The notes beneath the pieces were generated by a model. The model was not told the origin of the DNA. It was given only the letters and a program-made list of their open reading frames with translations, and ran no database searches. A DNA stretch of 64,000 nt from positions 256,001 through 320,000 of the forward strand of contig CBDEFM010000002.1 in assembly GCA_965237415.1 (NCBI GenBank), in the 5' to 3' direction. The stretch comes from Alphaproteobacteria bacterium. Lineage in GTDB: Bacteria; Pseudomonadota; Alphaproteobacteria; UBA828. Of the stretch, positions 45,071 to 55,498 are shown piece after piece; position 1 is the stretch's first letter, and each line of letters begins with the position of its first letter. Made by a program: the position numbers and the translations under genes.

Positions 45071-46234
45071 GTGACAGGATTCGACTTCCCGCCGCCCGAA
45101 ATGCCGCAAGGCGTGGACGCGCTGCGTGCCGAGGTCCGCGCCTTCGTCGCCGATTCGCGAGCCGCAGAGGGCTGGCGGCCGGATTCCGACTTCGGCTCGG
45201 ACTGGTCGGCCTCCTTCAGCCGTGCCCTCGGCGCGCGTGGCTGGATCGGCATGACCTGGCCCACGCGCTACGGCGGGCACGAGCGCTCGGCGCTCGAGCG
45301 CTACGTCGTGATCGAGGAGCTGTTGACGGCGGGCGCGCCGGTCTACGCGCACTGGGTCGCGGACCGGCAGAGCGGCCCGCTGCTGCTGCGCTTCGGCAGC
45401 GAGGAGCAGCGCCAGACAATCCTCCCCAGGATCGCCGCCGGCGAATGCTACTTCGCCATCGGCATGAGCGAGCCCGATTCCGGCTCCGACCTCGCCTCGG
45501 TGCGCACCCGCGCGGTGCGGACGAACGATGGCTGGCGCATCGACGGCACCAAGGTGTGGACCAGCAACGCCCATCGTTCTCACTACATGATCGCCCTTTG
45601 CCGCACGGGCCCGGCGGGCGAGGACCGACACGCGGGGCTCAGCCAGTTTCTGATCGACCTCGAAAGCGACGGCGTGCAGGTCAACCCCATCGTCAACCTC
45701 GCCGGCAAGCACGACTTCAACGAGTGCGTCTTCGAGGATGTCCTCATTCCCGCCGACCGCCTGATCGGGCAGGAGGGCGATGGCTGGCGTCAGGTCACGG
45801 GCGAGCTCGCGCTGGAGCGGAGCGGGCCCGAGCGCATCCTCAGCACCTTCCATCTCTTCGCCGCGCTGGTCGAGGCGGCGGGCCCTGAGCCCGAGCCGCG
45901 GCTTGCCGAGGCGATCGGGCGCCTCGCGGCAGAGCTCTACGCGCTGCGCGCCATGTCGCTCGCCGTCGCCGGGCAGCTGGAGAAAGGGGAGTTCCCGGAG
46001 ATCGAGGCGGCCATTGTCAAGGACATGGGCACCCGCTTCGAGTTTGAGGTCGCCGAGACGCTGCGCCGTGCCGCGCCGGTCGAGCCGGTCTCCGGCAATG
46101 ATGGCGATGCCAACGCGCCGTCTCTCGCGTCTGCGCTGGGCGCCTCGGTGCTGGGGTTGCCGTCGTTCACCCTGCGTGGCGGCACCAACGAAATCCTGCG
46201 CTCGATCATCGCCCGCGGCCTCGAGGTCAGGTGA
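45071..46234 (+). CDS. Acyl-CoA dehydrogenase (catalytic-type subunit)
   Basis: GMSEPDSGSDLAS, GTKVWTS, FNECVF, LALERSG, GGTNEILR. Confidence 0.9.
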   Translation: MTGFDFPPPEMPQGVDALRAEVRAFVADSRAAEGWRPDSDFGSDWSASFSRALGARGWIGMTWPTRYGGHERSALERYVVIEELLTAGAPVYAHWVADRQSGPLLLRFGSEEQRQTILPRIAAGECYFAIGMSEPDSGSDLASVRTRAVRTNDGWRIDGTKVWTSNAHRSHYMIALCRTGPAGEDRHAGLSQFLIDLESDGVQVNPIVNLAGKHDFNECVFEDVLIPADRLIGQEGDGWRQVTGELALERSGPERILSTFHLFAALVEAAGPEPEPRLAEAIGRLAAELYALRAMSLAVAGQLEKGEFPEIEAAIVKDMGTRFEFEVAETLRRAAPVEPVSGNDGDANAPSLASALGASVLGLPSFTLRGGTNEILRSIIARGLEVR

Positions 46235-46241
46235 GGGGCCT

Positions 46242-47261
46242 ATGAGCGACGAGACGGCGCGCCTGATCGAGCAGACTGCCGACGATTTGTTCGCCGCGGA
46301 AGGCGAGGCCGCGCGCGCCGCGCTCGCCGAGGGAGCATGGCCCGAGCAGCTGTGGCAGACCTTCGCTGAGACCGGGCTTTCGCAGGCGGCACTGCCGGAG
46401 GCGGCGGGGGGCGCCGGCCTCGCGGCGGGCCTCGCCGTGCTGCGTGCTGCGGGCCGCCATGCCGCGCCGGTCCCGGTGGCGGAGGCTCTGATCGGAACCC
46501 TTCTCTGCCACGCCGCCGGGATCGAGGTACCGGCTGGCCCGGTTACCCTCCACGCATCGCCAGTAAGAGGCGACCCCGACGTTGCCACCCTTCAGCGAGT
46601 CCCGTGGGCGCGGTTCGCCACCGCGATCCTGGTGGTCATGCCCGGCATGGGTTTAGCCCTCTGCAAACCGGCCGATCTGATAGAGGGCGCCAACCTGGCG
46701 GGCGAGCCGCGCGACGATGTCACGCTGCCCGGTCCGCCGGAATTTCGCCACACGCCGCCGCCGGAGGCGGATGGGTACGCTCTGATGGCGCTCGCCCGCG
46801 CCGCCCAGTTGCGCGGCGCGATGGAGCAGGTGCTCGCCATGAGCCTGCGGTACGCGCGGGAGCGCGAGCAGTTCGGCCGGCCGCTGGCCCGGTTCCAGGC
46901 GATCCAGCACTATCTCGCCGAAATCGGGGGCGAGGCCGCCGCCACCGGGGCTGCGGTCGATGCGGCGGCGCAAGCGGGCACGCTCTTCGCCTTCGCGGCC
47001 GCCAAGGCGCGGGCAAGCCAGGCGGCAGGCACGGTCGCCCGACTCGCGCATCAGGTGCACGGCGCCATGGGCTACACGGTGGAGCACGACCTGCACCTCT
47101 GGACCACGCGGCTCTGGGCCTGGCGCGACGAGTTCGGTAACGAGGCCCATTGGTGGCGGGTGCTCGGCTCGCAAGCCGCGCGCCACGGCAGTGCGTCGCT
47201 CTGGCCGACGATGGTGACCGCCGGCCCAAACATGGCGGCAGAAGGGAGAGAAGGCGCGTGA
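46242..47261 (+). CDS. Acyl-CoA dehydrogenase (short partner subunit)
   Basis: ERE.QFGRPLARFQAIQH, AHQVHGAMGYT.EH; degenerate N-terminal FAD motifs. Confidence 0.85.
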   Translation: MSDETARLIEQTADDLFAAEGEAARAALAEGAWPEQLWQTFAETGLSQAALPEAAGGAGLAAGLAVLRAAGRHAAPVPVAEALIGTLLCHAAGIEVPAGPVTLHASPVRGDPDVATLQRVPWARFATAILVVMPGMGLALCKPADLIEGANLAGEPRDDVTLPGPPEFRHTPPPEADGYALMALARAAQLRGAMEQVLAMSLRYAREREQFGRPLARFQAIQHYLAEIGGEAAATGAAVDAAAQAGTLFAFAAAKARASQAAGTVARLAHQVHGAMGYTVEHDLHLWTTRLWAWRDEFGNEAHWWRVLGSQAARHGSASLWPTMVTAGPNMAAEGREGA

Positions 47262-48049
47262 GCGAGGAGATTCGTCTGCAGGTCGCCGACAGGATCGCGA
47301 CCATTACTCTGAACCGGCCCGAGCGGCGCAACGCCTTCACCCGCTCCATGATCGACGCCTGGGCCCAAGCCCTTGCCGATTGCCGGGACCGCGAGGACGT
47401 GCACGTGGTGGTGGTGACCGGGGCGGGCAAGGCCTTTTGCAGCGGCGGCGATATCCAGGAGCTGATGGGGGAGGGGCTGGAGCGCAGCGCCGCCGAGCAG
47501 CGGGCGCTGATCGGCGAGCATGTTCATCGCATTCCGCTCACCCTCGCCGACATGGACAAGCCGGTGATCGCGGCCATCAACGGCGCGGCCATCGGCGCCG
47601 GCCTCGACCTTGCGCTCGCCATGGACCTGCGCTTTGCCGCAGCCTCGGCCAAGTTCGCCGAAACGTACGTCAAGGTTGGGTTAGCGCCGGGCGCCGGTGG
47701 CGCGCATTGGTTGCCGCGGCTCGTGGGCACGGCGCGGGCGCTGGAGCTCCTGTGGACGGGCGATACCATCGACGCGGCGGAGGCCGAGCGCATCGGTCTC
47801 GTCAACCGGGTCTGGGCGGACCACGAGCTGATGCCGCAAACCATGGCGCTCGCGCGGCGCCTCGCAGACGGCCCGACGCTCGCCATCCGTGCCATCAAGC
47901 GGCTGGTACGGGACGGTGTCGGCGGCGACCTGCGCGCCGGGCTCGACCGCGCCTCCGCCACCTATAGCGTGCTCGGCGGCAGCGCCGACCACCGCGAGGC
48001 GGTGGAGGCGTTCATCGCGAAGCGCCCGCCGCGCTTCCGCGGGGAGTAG
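47258..48049 (+). CDS. Enoyl-CoA hydratase/isomerase
   Basis: LNRPERRNA, FCSGGD, KPVIAAING.AIGAG, EAFIAKR.P.F. Confidence 0.9.
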   Translation: MSEEIRLQVADRIATITLNRPERRNAFTRSMIDAWAQALADCRDREDVHVVVVTGAGKAFCSGGDIQELMGEGLERSAAEQRALIGEHVHRIPLTLADMDKPVIAAINGAAIGAGLDLALAMDLRFAAASAKFAETYVKVGLAPGAGGAHWLPRLVGTARALELLWTGDTIDAAEAERIGLVNRVWADHELMPQTMALARRLADGPTLAIRAIKRLVRDGVGGDLRAGLDRASATYSVLGGSADHREAVEAFIAKRPPRFRGE

Positions 48050-48055
48050 AGGCGG

Positions 48056-49045
48056 GTGGCCCAAGAGAACCTGGCCCCGCCCGATCTGGCCGCGATCGAG
48101 GAGGCCCGCGCGTCGCTCGGCGATCTGATCAACGAGACCCCGGTGCACCACTGGCGCGCTGCCGCGGTCTCGGACGCACTCGGGCCGGATAGCGCGGTCT
48201 TCCTAAAACTGGAGCTGTTCCAGCGCACCGGCACCTTCAAAGCGCGGGGCGCACTGCTCAGCGCGCTCGCTCTCGACGATGCGGCGCGGGCGCGCGGCGT
48301 CACTGCGGTGAGTGCCGGCAACCATGCCATCGCAGTCGCCTTCGCCGCGCACAGCGTCGGCACCTCCGCCAAGGTGGTGATGATGGAAGGCGCCGACCCC
48401 TTCCGCGTCGCCCAGGTGCGCCGCTATGGCGCGGAGCTTGTGCAGGTGCCGGACGTGCACGCCGCCTTCGAGACCGTGCGCGCCATCGAGGCCGGCGAAG
48501 GACGCACCCTGATCCATCCCTTCGAAGGACGGACGATCGCGCTCGGCACCGCGACAGTCGGGCTGGAGCTCGCGCGCCAGGTACCGGCGCTGGACGCGGT
48601 GATCGTTCCCATCGGCGGCGGCGGCCTCTGCGCCGGCGTCTCCTGCGCCATCAAGACCGTGCAGCCCGGCTGCACGGTCTACGGCGTGGAGCCGGAAGGC
48701 GCCGACACCATGCACCGGAGCTTCGCGGCAGGCTCGCCCCAGGCGATCGAGCGGGTGAGGACCATCGCCGACAGCCTCGGCGCGCCTTTCGCCCAGCCCT
48801 ATTCCTTCGGACTCTGCCGGCGCTACGTGGACGAGCTGGTGAAGATCGACGACGAGGCCATGCGCCGCGCCATGGGGCTGCTCTTCGCCGAGATGAAGCT
48901 CGCCGTCGAGCCGGCGGGCGCGGCGGCGACGGCGGCGCTGCTCGGCCCGCTCGCCGAACGCCTGCGCGGGCGGCGCACGGCGGTCATCGTCTGCGGCACC
49001 AACATCGACGCGCCGAAGTTCATGGCCCAGGCGCTGTTCGCTTGA
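48056..49045 (+). CDS. Threonine/serine dehydratase (fold II PLP)
   Basis: KLELFQRTGTFKARGA, SAGNH, PIGGGGL, VEPAGA. Confidence 0.9.
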   Translation: MAQENLAPPDLAAIEEARASLGDLINETPVHHWRAAAVSDALGPDSAVFLKLELFQRTGTFKARGALLSALALDDAARARGVTAVSAGNHAIAVAFAAHSVGTSAKVVMMEGADPFRVAQVRRYGAELVQVPDVHAAFETVRAIEAGEGRTLIHPFEGRTIALGTATVGLELARQVPALDAVIVPIGGGGLCAGVSCAIKTVQPGCTVYGVEPEGADTMHRSFAAGSPQAIERVRTIADSLGAPFAQPYSFGLCRRYVDELVKIDDEAMRRAMGLLFAEMKLAVEPAGAAATAALLGPLAERLRGRRTAVIVCGTNIDAPKFMAQALFA

Positions 49046-49064
49046 GCCGCTCTCGGCAAAGTGG

Positions 49065-49856
49065 CTACCAGCTGTTCCGGAGTTCGCGGAGCTTCAGGAA
49101 GACCTCGCGCGGGCCGGGATCGTCCGGCAGGTCTGGGAAGGCCTCCCGCAGCCGCGCAATGACGCTCGGGCGGTGGAGGCGGAAGAAGGTGTTGATCTCC
49201 TTCTCCAGCGCCAGCGTCGAGACCAGGGCGTCGTCGGGGTTCTGCGGCCCCACCTCGTCGAGCAGCGACTTCGCCCGCTCGTTATCGGGCTCCCGATCGA
49301 GAGTGAATTGCAGATTATTCTCGATGTAGTCGTGGCCGGGGTAGATCAGGGTCTCGTCCGGGAGCCGTGCGAGCTGGCCGGCGAAGGTCTCGTAGAGCTC
49401 GGCGGGATGGCCGCCGGAATGGCAGTTGCCGGCACCGGCGTTGAAGAGCGTATCGCCGCAGAAGAGCGCCGGCGTGTCGGTGCGCGAGAGCAGGCACACG
49501 TGGCTCATCGTGTGGCCGGGCGTATCCAGCGCCTCAAGCTCCACCGTGGCGCCCACCTTGATCACGTCGCCCGCGCCGAGCCCCCGGTCGATGCCGGGGA
49601 TCTTGCCCTTGGCGTTGGCATGGGCGAGCAGGGCGGCGCCGGTTGCCTTGACCATCGCCTTGTTGCCGCCGGTGTGATCGCCATGCTCGTGGGTGTTGAG
49701 AATCTGGGTGATCTGCCAACCGTTGTCCTTGGCCGCCTTGAGGCAGCGCCGGTGGTCCAGCGGATCGACGGCGAGCGCCTCGCCGGTCTCGGGGCAGGCG
49801 ATGAGATAGTTGAAGTTGCGGTAGGCGTTGTCCGTCCAGATCTGCTCGACGAGCAT
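49065..49856 (-). CDS. gloB: Hydroxyacylglutathione hydrolase (glyoxalase II) family
   Basis: THEHGDH, TPGHT, GDTLF, PGHDY...NL.F, LRELRNSW. Confidence 0.85.
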   Translation of the reverse strand: MLVEQIWTDNAYRNFNYLIACPETGEALAVDPLDHRRCLKAAKDNGWQITQILNTHEHGDHTGGNKAMVKATGAALLAHANAKGKIPGIDRGLGAGDVIKVGATVELEALDTPGHTMSHVCLLSRTDTPALFCGDTLFNAGAGNCHSGGHPAELYETFAGQLARLPDETLIYPGHDYIENNLQFTLDREPDNERAKSLLDEVGPQNPDDALVSTLALEKEINTFFRLHRPSVIARLREAFPDLPDDPGPREVFLKLRELRNSW

Positions 49857-49880
49857 CTGTGCTCTCCCGGTTCGGCGCGG

Positions 49881-50444
49881 TTAATCGGGGTCCAGTTCGG
49901 AGTCCCAATAGAGGTAGTCGCCCCAGCTCTCGTGCAGGTAGCGGGGTGGGAAGCGCCTGCCGCTCGCGTGCAGGTCGTGAGCGCTCGGCGCCCTGGGCTT
50001 GCGCTGAGGCCGCAGGCCGCACTCCCGCGGCAGCCGGTTGCCCTTGGAGAGGTTGCACGCGCTGCAGGCGGTGACGACGTTCTCCCAGGTCGTGCGCCCC
50101 CCGCGCGAGCGCGGCACCAGGTGGTCGAAGGTGAGGTCCTCCACCGGGAAGTGCGCGACGCAGTACTGGCAGGAGAAGGAATCGCGGAGGAAGACATTGA
50201 AGCGGGTGAAGGCGGGCCGGCGGGCAAGCGGCCGGTAACGCTTGAGCGCGACGACGCTCGGCAGCTTGATCGCCGTGCTCGGCGAGCGGATCGCCCGGTC
50301 GTACTCGGAGAGGATCGTCACCCGGTCGAGGAACGCCGCCTTGACCGCGTCCTGCCAGCCCCAGACCGAGAGGGGGAAGTAGCTGAGCGGCCGATAGTCG
50401 GCGTTCAGCACCAGGGCGGGGCAGCTCTCCAGCGATGCGAGCAC
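49881..50444 (-). CDS. HNH endonuclease family protein
   Basis: LVLNADY.PL, FLRD.F.CQYC, TFDHLVP, WENVVTAC..CN..KG. Confidence 0.9.
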   Translation of the reverse strand: MLASLESCPALVLNADYRPLSYFPLSVWGWQDAVKAAFLDRVTILSEYDRAIRSPSTAIKLPSVVALKRYRPLARRPAFTRFNVFLRDSFSCQYCVAHFPVEDLTFDHLVPRSRGGRTTWENVVTACSACNLSKGNRLPRECGLRPQRKPRAPSAHDLHASGRRFPPRYLHESWGDYLYWDSELDPD

Positions 50445-50609
50445 GGTTCCAGCCTCTCTCGACGCGATGCCGCTGCGCCCAGCGACGGCGCGCTTCTCGC
50501 CGTCGCACCGGATTCGGACGCCGCATCATGCCAAAGAGCGGGCGCAGGGCAAAGCCGCAGCGGGGCATCCCGGAGCAGGCGCCGGATCGCCCGTGCGGCC
50601 TGGCGGCGC

Positions 50610-51710
50610 CTATTCGGCCACGAACGTCGGGGAGAAGTCGGCGGGCGCGAGCGAAAGGCGCGTGCTGAAGGTGTCGAGATTGCCTTGTTCGACGATGTGG
50701 ATCAGCGGCCCCGCATGCGGATGTTCGAGCTTGCCTTCAAGGAGCCGCACGGCCATTTCGATGCCCATCCGGCCCTGCAGGGCGGGGAAATCTGTTGGCG
50801 CCGCGAGGATTTTGTCGCGCTTGATTCCGCGATAGACCGCATGGGTGAAGTAGTCCGCCAGCACCCGGATCTGACCGGTGAGGCCGCGCGCCCTGAGCAG
50901 GCTCACTGCCGCGCCCGCAGTGACCGCGCTGCCCACGATGTAGTCGACATCCGGTCGTTCCTCCAGCGCCTCCTCGACCAGGATCAACTGAATCTCACGT
51001 CCCGTATCGCCCCACTTCCGCACGACGATCTCGACGGCGCTGCCTGCGAGCGCCTCGGTGAATCCCTCCTCGACGAAGTGGGCCCACTGCGATTCCCGCG
51101 GGCCGGGGAACCAGGCAACCTTGACGGGCGGTGTGCCCGCCGGGTGGAGGCTGGCGAGGTAGGCGCCGGTCACTTCCCCCATCGTGATCCAGGAGACGGC
51201 GGCCTTGGCGCTGATGCCGGGGTCGGCGATATCGTTGACCACGGCGATCACCGGGATCTCCTCGCTGATCGCCCGCACCGCTTCCGTCAAGCCGTCGAAG
51301 CTCACCGCCCCGAGCGCCAGGATGTCCGCGTCACGCGCGCAGTCGGTGATCTGGGCGATCTGGCGTTCGAGGTTCGGATAGCCGCCGGCTTCGACGACGC
51401 GGAGCGCGACGCCAAGCCGCCTCGCCTCCTCGACCATGCCGTAGTTGACGCTCAGCCAATACGAATCCTTGAGGTGAGGGTACGAGGCGCAAATGCGCCA
51501 CTTCTGGGACGCGCGAGCGAGTGGCCGATAGGTGATGGTCTTCTTCGGGCTGCGGAAATCGAAGGGCGGCGACCAGACTTCGAGCGCCCATGTCGTGGGC
51601 GACGCGGAGTCCTGCGCCGCTTCCTGCGCCGGCCCTTGCGCCGGGCCTGCGGCCAACGCCAAGCCTGCGATGAGGCCGAGAAGCATCCCTGGCAGTCGCC
51701 CCGAATTCAT
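50610..51710 (-). CDS. torT: Periplasmic TMAO-binding sensor accessory protein TorT
   Basis: YPHLKDSYWLSVNYGM, EAGGY, WFPGP, WGDTGRE.Q, YIVGSAV, YFTHAVYRG, PTD. Confidence 0.88.
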   Translation of the reverse strand: MNSGRLPGMLLGLIAGLALAAGPAQGPAQEAAQDSASPTTWALEVWSPPFDFRSPKKTITYRPLARASQKWRICASYPHLKDSYWLSVNYGMVEEARRLGVALRVVEAGGYPNLERQIAQITDCARDADILALGAVSFDGLTEAVRAISEEIPVIAVVNDIADPGISAKAAVSWITMGEVTGAYLASLHPAGTPPVKVAWFPGPRESQWAHFVEEGFTEALAGSAVEIVVRKWGDTGREIQLILVEEALEERPDVDYIVGSAVTAGAAVSLLRARGLTGQIRVLADYFTHAVYRGIKRDKILAAPTDFPALQGRMGIEMAVRLLEGKLEHPHAGPLIHIVEQGNLDTFSTRLSLAPADFSPTFVAE

Positions 51711-51766
51711 GACCGGCATTCTGAGGCCGATTGCCTTTCAATTCCAACAAGTGTTCTTATTCGGTG

Positions 51767-54733
51767 ATGTTCGGCCGCTTCGGCATCGCGAGCCGCCTGT
51801 TCGCTGCCTTCGCCGGCGTCGCGGCTCTCTCTATCGCAGCCGGAGTTATCGGCTGGGTCGTCTTGCGCAACGTCGATACCGCCCAGACGACCATCGTCGA
51901 CCAGGCCATGCCGGCAATCTCCGAAGGCCGGATCATCGCCGAGACCTCGACTCAGATTGCCGCGCACGGCGCCCTGCTCGCCACTGCCGAGAGCCAGGCC
52001 GAGCGACGGGCCGAGGCCGACATTCTCCGCTCCACGACCGATCTGCTCTCCGCCCGTCTCGATGCGCTGGAGGGGTACGGCTTCCCCGAACGGGAAGTTG
52101 CCGAAATTCGCCGCGTGGTATCGGCGCTGGCGGCCAACCTGGAGAGACAGGACGAGATCGTCGCGGCGCGTATCGAGATGAATGCCGTCCTGGCAGCCTC
52201 GGTCGCACGCTCGCTGGATGCCGCCGGCGAGCTCTCCGCACTTTCCGAGACGCTCACGTCCAACGCGGCGTCCGGTGCGACTGTCGTCATCTCCAACCTC
52301 TACGAGCTGGCCGAGGACTCCGAGCGGCGGCCGGCCATGCTGGATGCCTTCGACAGGCTGGTCGAGGCCGATCTCTTCCTGCTGGAGCGGATGTTCGAGC
52401 TCAGGATGCGTGCTTCTGAGCAGGGGCTGCTGCTCAACCAACTCAGCCGAGCGCGCGATGCGCACGAGATCGCATGGATCGAGGAGCGCTACAGCGGCAA
52501 CATCCGCATCCTCCCTCGCCGCGTGGCCTTGATCGACGACCCGACCCGCCGCGAGCAGGCGGGGACGCTGGTCGCCGCGCTCGCCTCGGACGGGCCTCCC
52601 GGCACCCTGGGTTTGTTCGATATGCGCCGCCGGACCCTGTCTCTCGATGCGGCGCTCGCGGCCCTCGCCGACGACAATCGCGCGTTGACCGATCGGATGA
52701 ACGAGGGCGTCGCCGCGGTCGTCTCCCGCTCTCAGCTGATCGCTGCCAATGCATCCGAGGCGGCGGACAGTGCCGTCGAATTCGGCGGGCTCACCGTCCT
52801 GCTCCAGATCGTTCTCTTCATCGCCATCGCGGGCGCCATCGCCTGGCTCTACGTACATCGCAATCTCGTCCACCGGCTGACGGCGCTCCACCGAGTCATG
52901 CAGAGCCTCGCAGCCGGGCGCCTGGACGTGGCGGTGCCGACCGGAGGTAGCGACGAGCTCTCCGATATGGCCGATACGGTCCGCGTGTTCCGCGACCAGG
53001 CGATCGGCAAGCGTCAACTGGAGGAGGAGCGCGAGCAGACCAATGCCGAGCTTCGGCAGCACAAGCAGGATCTGGAGAGACTGGTCAAGGAGCGCACGGC
53101 TCAGTTGACGGAGGCCAATGCCCGGCTGGTCGAGGAGGTGCAGAACCACGATCGTGCCCGCGACCGCGCCGAACAGGCCAGCCGCGCCAAGTCGGAGTTC
53201 CTCGCCACGATGAGTCACGAAATCCGCACCCCGATGAACGGGGTCCTCGGCATGTTGCGGCTCATGGCCGACGGCCCGCTGAACGAGGGGCAGCAGCAGC
53301 AGGTCAGGGTCATGCGTTCGTCGAGCGAGATACTGCTCGGAATTCTCAACGACATCCTCGACTACTCGCGAGTCGAATCCGGCGGGATCGAAGTCGACAA
53401 CGCCGTCTTCGATCTGCACGAACTGGTCGAAGACATCGTGGTGCTCATGCAGGGCCGCGCCAGGGAGAAAGACCTGGCCCTCGACTTGACGATTGACGAG
53501 GGCGTGCCTGCGGCGGTGACAGGCGATCGCCAGAAGCTGAGCCAGGTGCTCCTCAACCTGCTCGGCAACGGCATCAAGTTCACGGACCGGGGCAGCGTGA
53601 CGCTCGTGCTCTCGAGCGGCCCGGACCCCGACAATGTTTGCCTCTCCGTGGAGGACACCGGTCCTGGCATCGCCGAGCCTGACGTCGCCCACCTCTTCGA
53701 GCCCTTCTATCAGGCGGCATCGTCGCGCCGACGAGGACAGCAGACAGGCACAGGGCTTGGCCTCGCTATTTCCAAGCGGCTGGTCACGGCGATGGGGGGC
53801 CTCATCGCGGTGGAGACGGAGCCGGGGAGCGGCAGTTGCTTCTCTGTCACGCTACCGCTGCCGCAGAGCGAAGCCGCAGCCCAGCCGCCCGTCGAAGCAG
53901 TGCCGCACTGGGTGACCGGGCCCGACAGGGCGCTGAGCGTCCTCATCGTCGAGGACAACGTGGTCAACGCGATGGTCGTCGAAGCCTTTGTCGCCAGGAT
54001 GGGGCACGAGCCGCTCGTAGCGCCGACCGCCGAGGAGGGGCTCGAGCTCCTGGAGAATCGGACGTTCGATCTCGTCCTCATGGATATCAGCCTGCCGGGT
54101 ATCGACGGCATCGAGGCGACGCAGCGCATCCGTGCCCACACCGACCCCGCGATCCGCTCGCTCCCCGTCATCGCCATGTCGGCCCATGTGTTCGACAGCG
54201 AAGTCGCCCAGCACTTGCAGTCCGGCATGGATGCCTTCATCGGCAAGCCTATCGCGCCCGACAGCCTGGCGGAGACCATCGCGCGCGTCTTCGGTCGTGC
54301 GGGCGGCGGGCGCGATGCCGGGAGCAGCGACCGGGAAAGCGCCGACGACGGATCGATCATCGATCCGACCGTGCTGGCGGAGGATCGCGCGGTCCTCGGG
54401 GCCGAGCGCGGCGCCCTGATGATCAACACCTTCGTCGAGACGGCGCCGGTCCAGATCGACGGCATCAGGCATGCGCTGGCCGAGGGGCGGTTCGAGCGGG
54501 CGGCGGACCTTGCCCATGCGCTCAGGGGGGGTGCCGGCAGTCTCGGGCTGCGCCGGCTCGCAGACCGCTGCGGCGTTCTCGAAGCGCGCGCCCGCACACC
54601 GGAGGCGGCGGCTCTCGCCGAGGACCTGGCCGGGCTGTTCGACGAATCGCGGGAGGCGCTGGTGACGCTCTGGGCCGGGTTCGAGTCGGCCCAACGCGAG
54701 AGTCAGGTGGTTACCGCCGGGGTGAACACATAA
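51767..54733 (+). CDS. torS: Hybrid sensor kinase TorS (sensor-HAMP-HK-REC-HPt)
   Basis: Periplasmic ISNLY..DRLVEADL..LERM.ELR; FLATMSHEIRTPMNG; G boxes; LMDISLPG; AHALRG HPt. Confidence 0.88.
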   Translation: MFGRFGIASRLFAAFAGVAALSIAAGVIGWVVLRNVDTAQTTIVDQAMPAISEGRIIAETSTQIAAHGALLATAESQAERRAEADILRSTTDLLSARLDALEGYGFPEREVAEIRRVVSALAANLERQDEIVAARIEMNAVLAASVARSLDAAGELSALSETLTSNAASGATVVISNLYELAEDSERRPAMLDAFDRLVEADLFLLERMFELRMRASEQGLLLNQLSRARDAHEIAWIEERYSGNIRILPRRVALIDDPTRREQAGTLVAALASDGPPGTLGLFDMRRRTLSLDAALAALADDNRALTDRMNEGVAAVVSRSQLIAANASEAADSAVEFGGLTVLLQIVLFIAIAGAIAWLYVHRNLVHRLTALHRVMQSLAAGRLDVAVPTGGSDELSDMADTVRVFRDQAIGKRQLEEEREQTNAELRQHKQDLERLVKERTAQLTEANARLVEEVQNHDRARDRAEQASRAKSEFLATMSHEIRTPMNGVLGMLRLMADGPLNEGQQQQVRVMRSSSEILLGILNDILDYSRVESGGIEVDNAVFDLHELVEDIVVLMQGRAREKDLALDLTIDEGVPAAVTGDRQKLSQVLLNLLGNGIKFTDRGSVTLVLSSGPDPDNVCLSVEDTGPGIAEPDVAHLFEPFYQAASSRRRGQQTGTGLGLAISKRLVTAMGGLIAVETEPGSGSCFSVTLPLPQSEAAAQPPVEAVPHWVTGPDRALSVLIVEDNVVNAMVVEAFVARMGHEPLVAPTAEEGLELLENRTFDLVLMDISLPGIDGIEATQRIRAHTDPAIRSLPVIAMSAHVFDSEVAQHLQSGMDAFIGKPIAPDSLAETIARVFGRAGGGRDAGSSDRESADDGSIIDPTVLAEDRAVLGAERGALMINTFVETAPVQIDGIRHALAEGRFERAADLAHALRGGAGSLGLRRLADRCGVLEARARTPEAAALAEDLAGLFDESREALVTLWAGFESAQRESQVVTAGVNT

Positions 54734-55407
54734 CCCTCACCGTGCGCGGTCACGATGAGCTCGGGGTTCCTGGGGTTCTGCTCGATCTTCCGCCGCAGCC
54801 GCCGGATCAGGACGTCGATGGTCCGGTCGCCCGGCTCCCAAGACCGGTGGGTGATCAGCGCGAGCAGGCGCTCCCGCGTGAGGACCTGGCCCGGATGGCC
54901 CACCAGAGCGGTGAGCAGCTCGTGTTCGGCGCGTGTCAGCTGGACGGTCTCGCCCTGCGGCGAGACCAGCTTGCGGGCCGATACCGAGAACTCCCAACCG
55001 GCGAAGCGGCGTCCCGCCATGGGCTCCCGGATTCCTTCCTTGGCGCGGCGCAGGACACTCTTGACCCGCGCGAGCAGCTCCCGCGGGTTGAATGGTTTGG
55101 TAATGTAATCGTCGGCGCCGATCTCGAGGCCGACAATCCGATCAACCTCCTCGTCCCGCACCGTGACGAGGATGATGCCGACGTTGCTTTGCGCCCGGAG
55201 CTTGCGGGTCAAGTCGAGGCCGTCTTCGCGCGGCAGGTTTATGTCGAGCAGGATCAAGTCGGCGGCATCCCGTTCGAGGATGCGCCACATGCCGTCGCCG
55301 TCTTCCGCCTCGCTCACCCGATGGCCCGCGGTCTGCGCGTAGCCGGCGAGCTTGGTGCGGGTCACGGCGTCGTCTTCCACGACGACGATATGATAAGGGT
55401 CCGTCAT
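54703..55407 (-). CDS. torR: OmpR-family response regulator TorR
   Basis: VVEDDAVTR, LLDINLP, RIVGLEIGADDY, DRTIDVLIRRLR, T.HGEGY; located with torS/torT. Confidence 0.85.
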   Translation of the reverse strand: MTDPYHIVVVEDDAVTRTKLAGYAQTAGHRVSEAEDGDGMWRILERDAADLILLDINLPREDGLDLTRKLRAQSNVGIILVTVRDEEVDRIVGLEIGADDYITKPFNPRELLARVKSVLRRAKEGIREPMAGRRFAGWEFSVSARKLVSPQGETVQLTRAEHELLTALVGHPGQVLTRERLLALITHRSWEPGDRTIDVLIRRLRRKIEQNPRNPELIVTAHGEGYVFTPAVTT

Positions 55408-55436
55408 TCCCGAGCCCCGCGCATCAACCAATTCCC

Positions 55437-55498
55437 ATTTTCACATCTTTCATCATCTTTTACAGGCTGTTTATGGCAATGGTCTGTCTTGTTCACAA
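55437..55498 (+). promoter_or_regulatory. Candidate tor boxes in the torR/tmoX divergent promoter
   Basis: ATTTTCACAT (55437), CTGTTTATGG (55467), TTGTTCACAA (55489), each 7/10 to the E. coli tor box CTGTTCATAT; AT-rich island. Confidence 0.45.

Noticed and set aside
49881-50444. HNH nuclease as a possible defence or mobile gene
   Set aside because: Belongs to a widespread short housekeeping-type family, sits beside gloB, and has no methylase or cas neighbours
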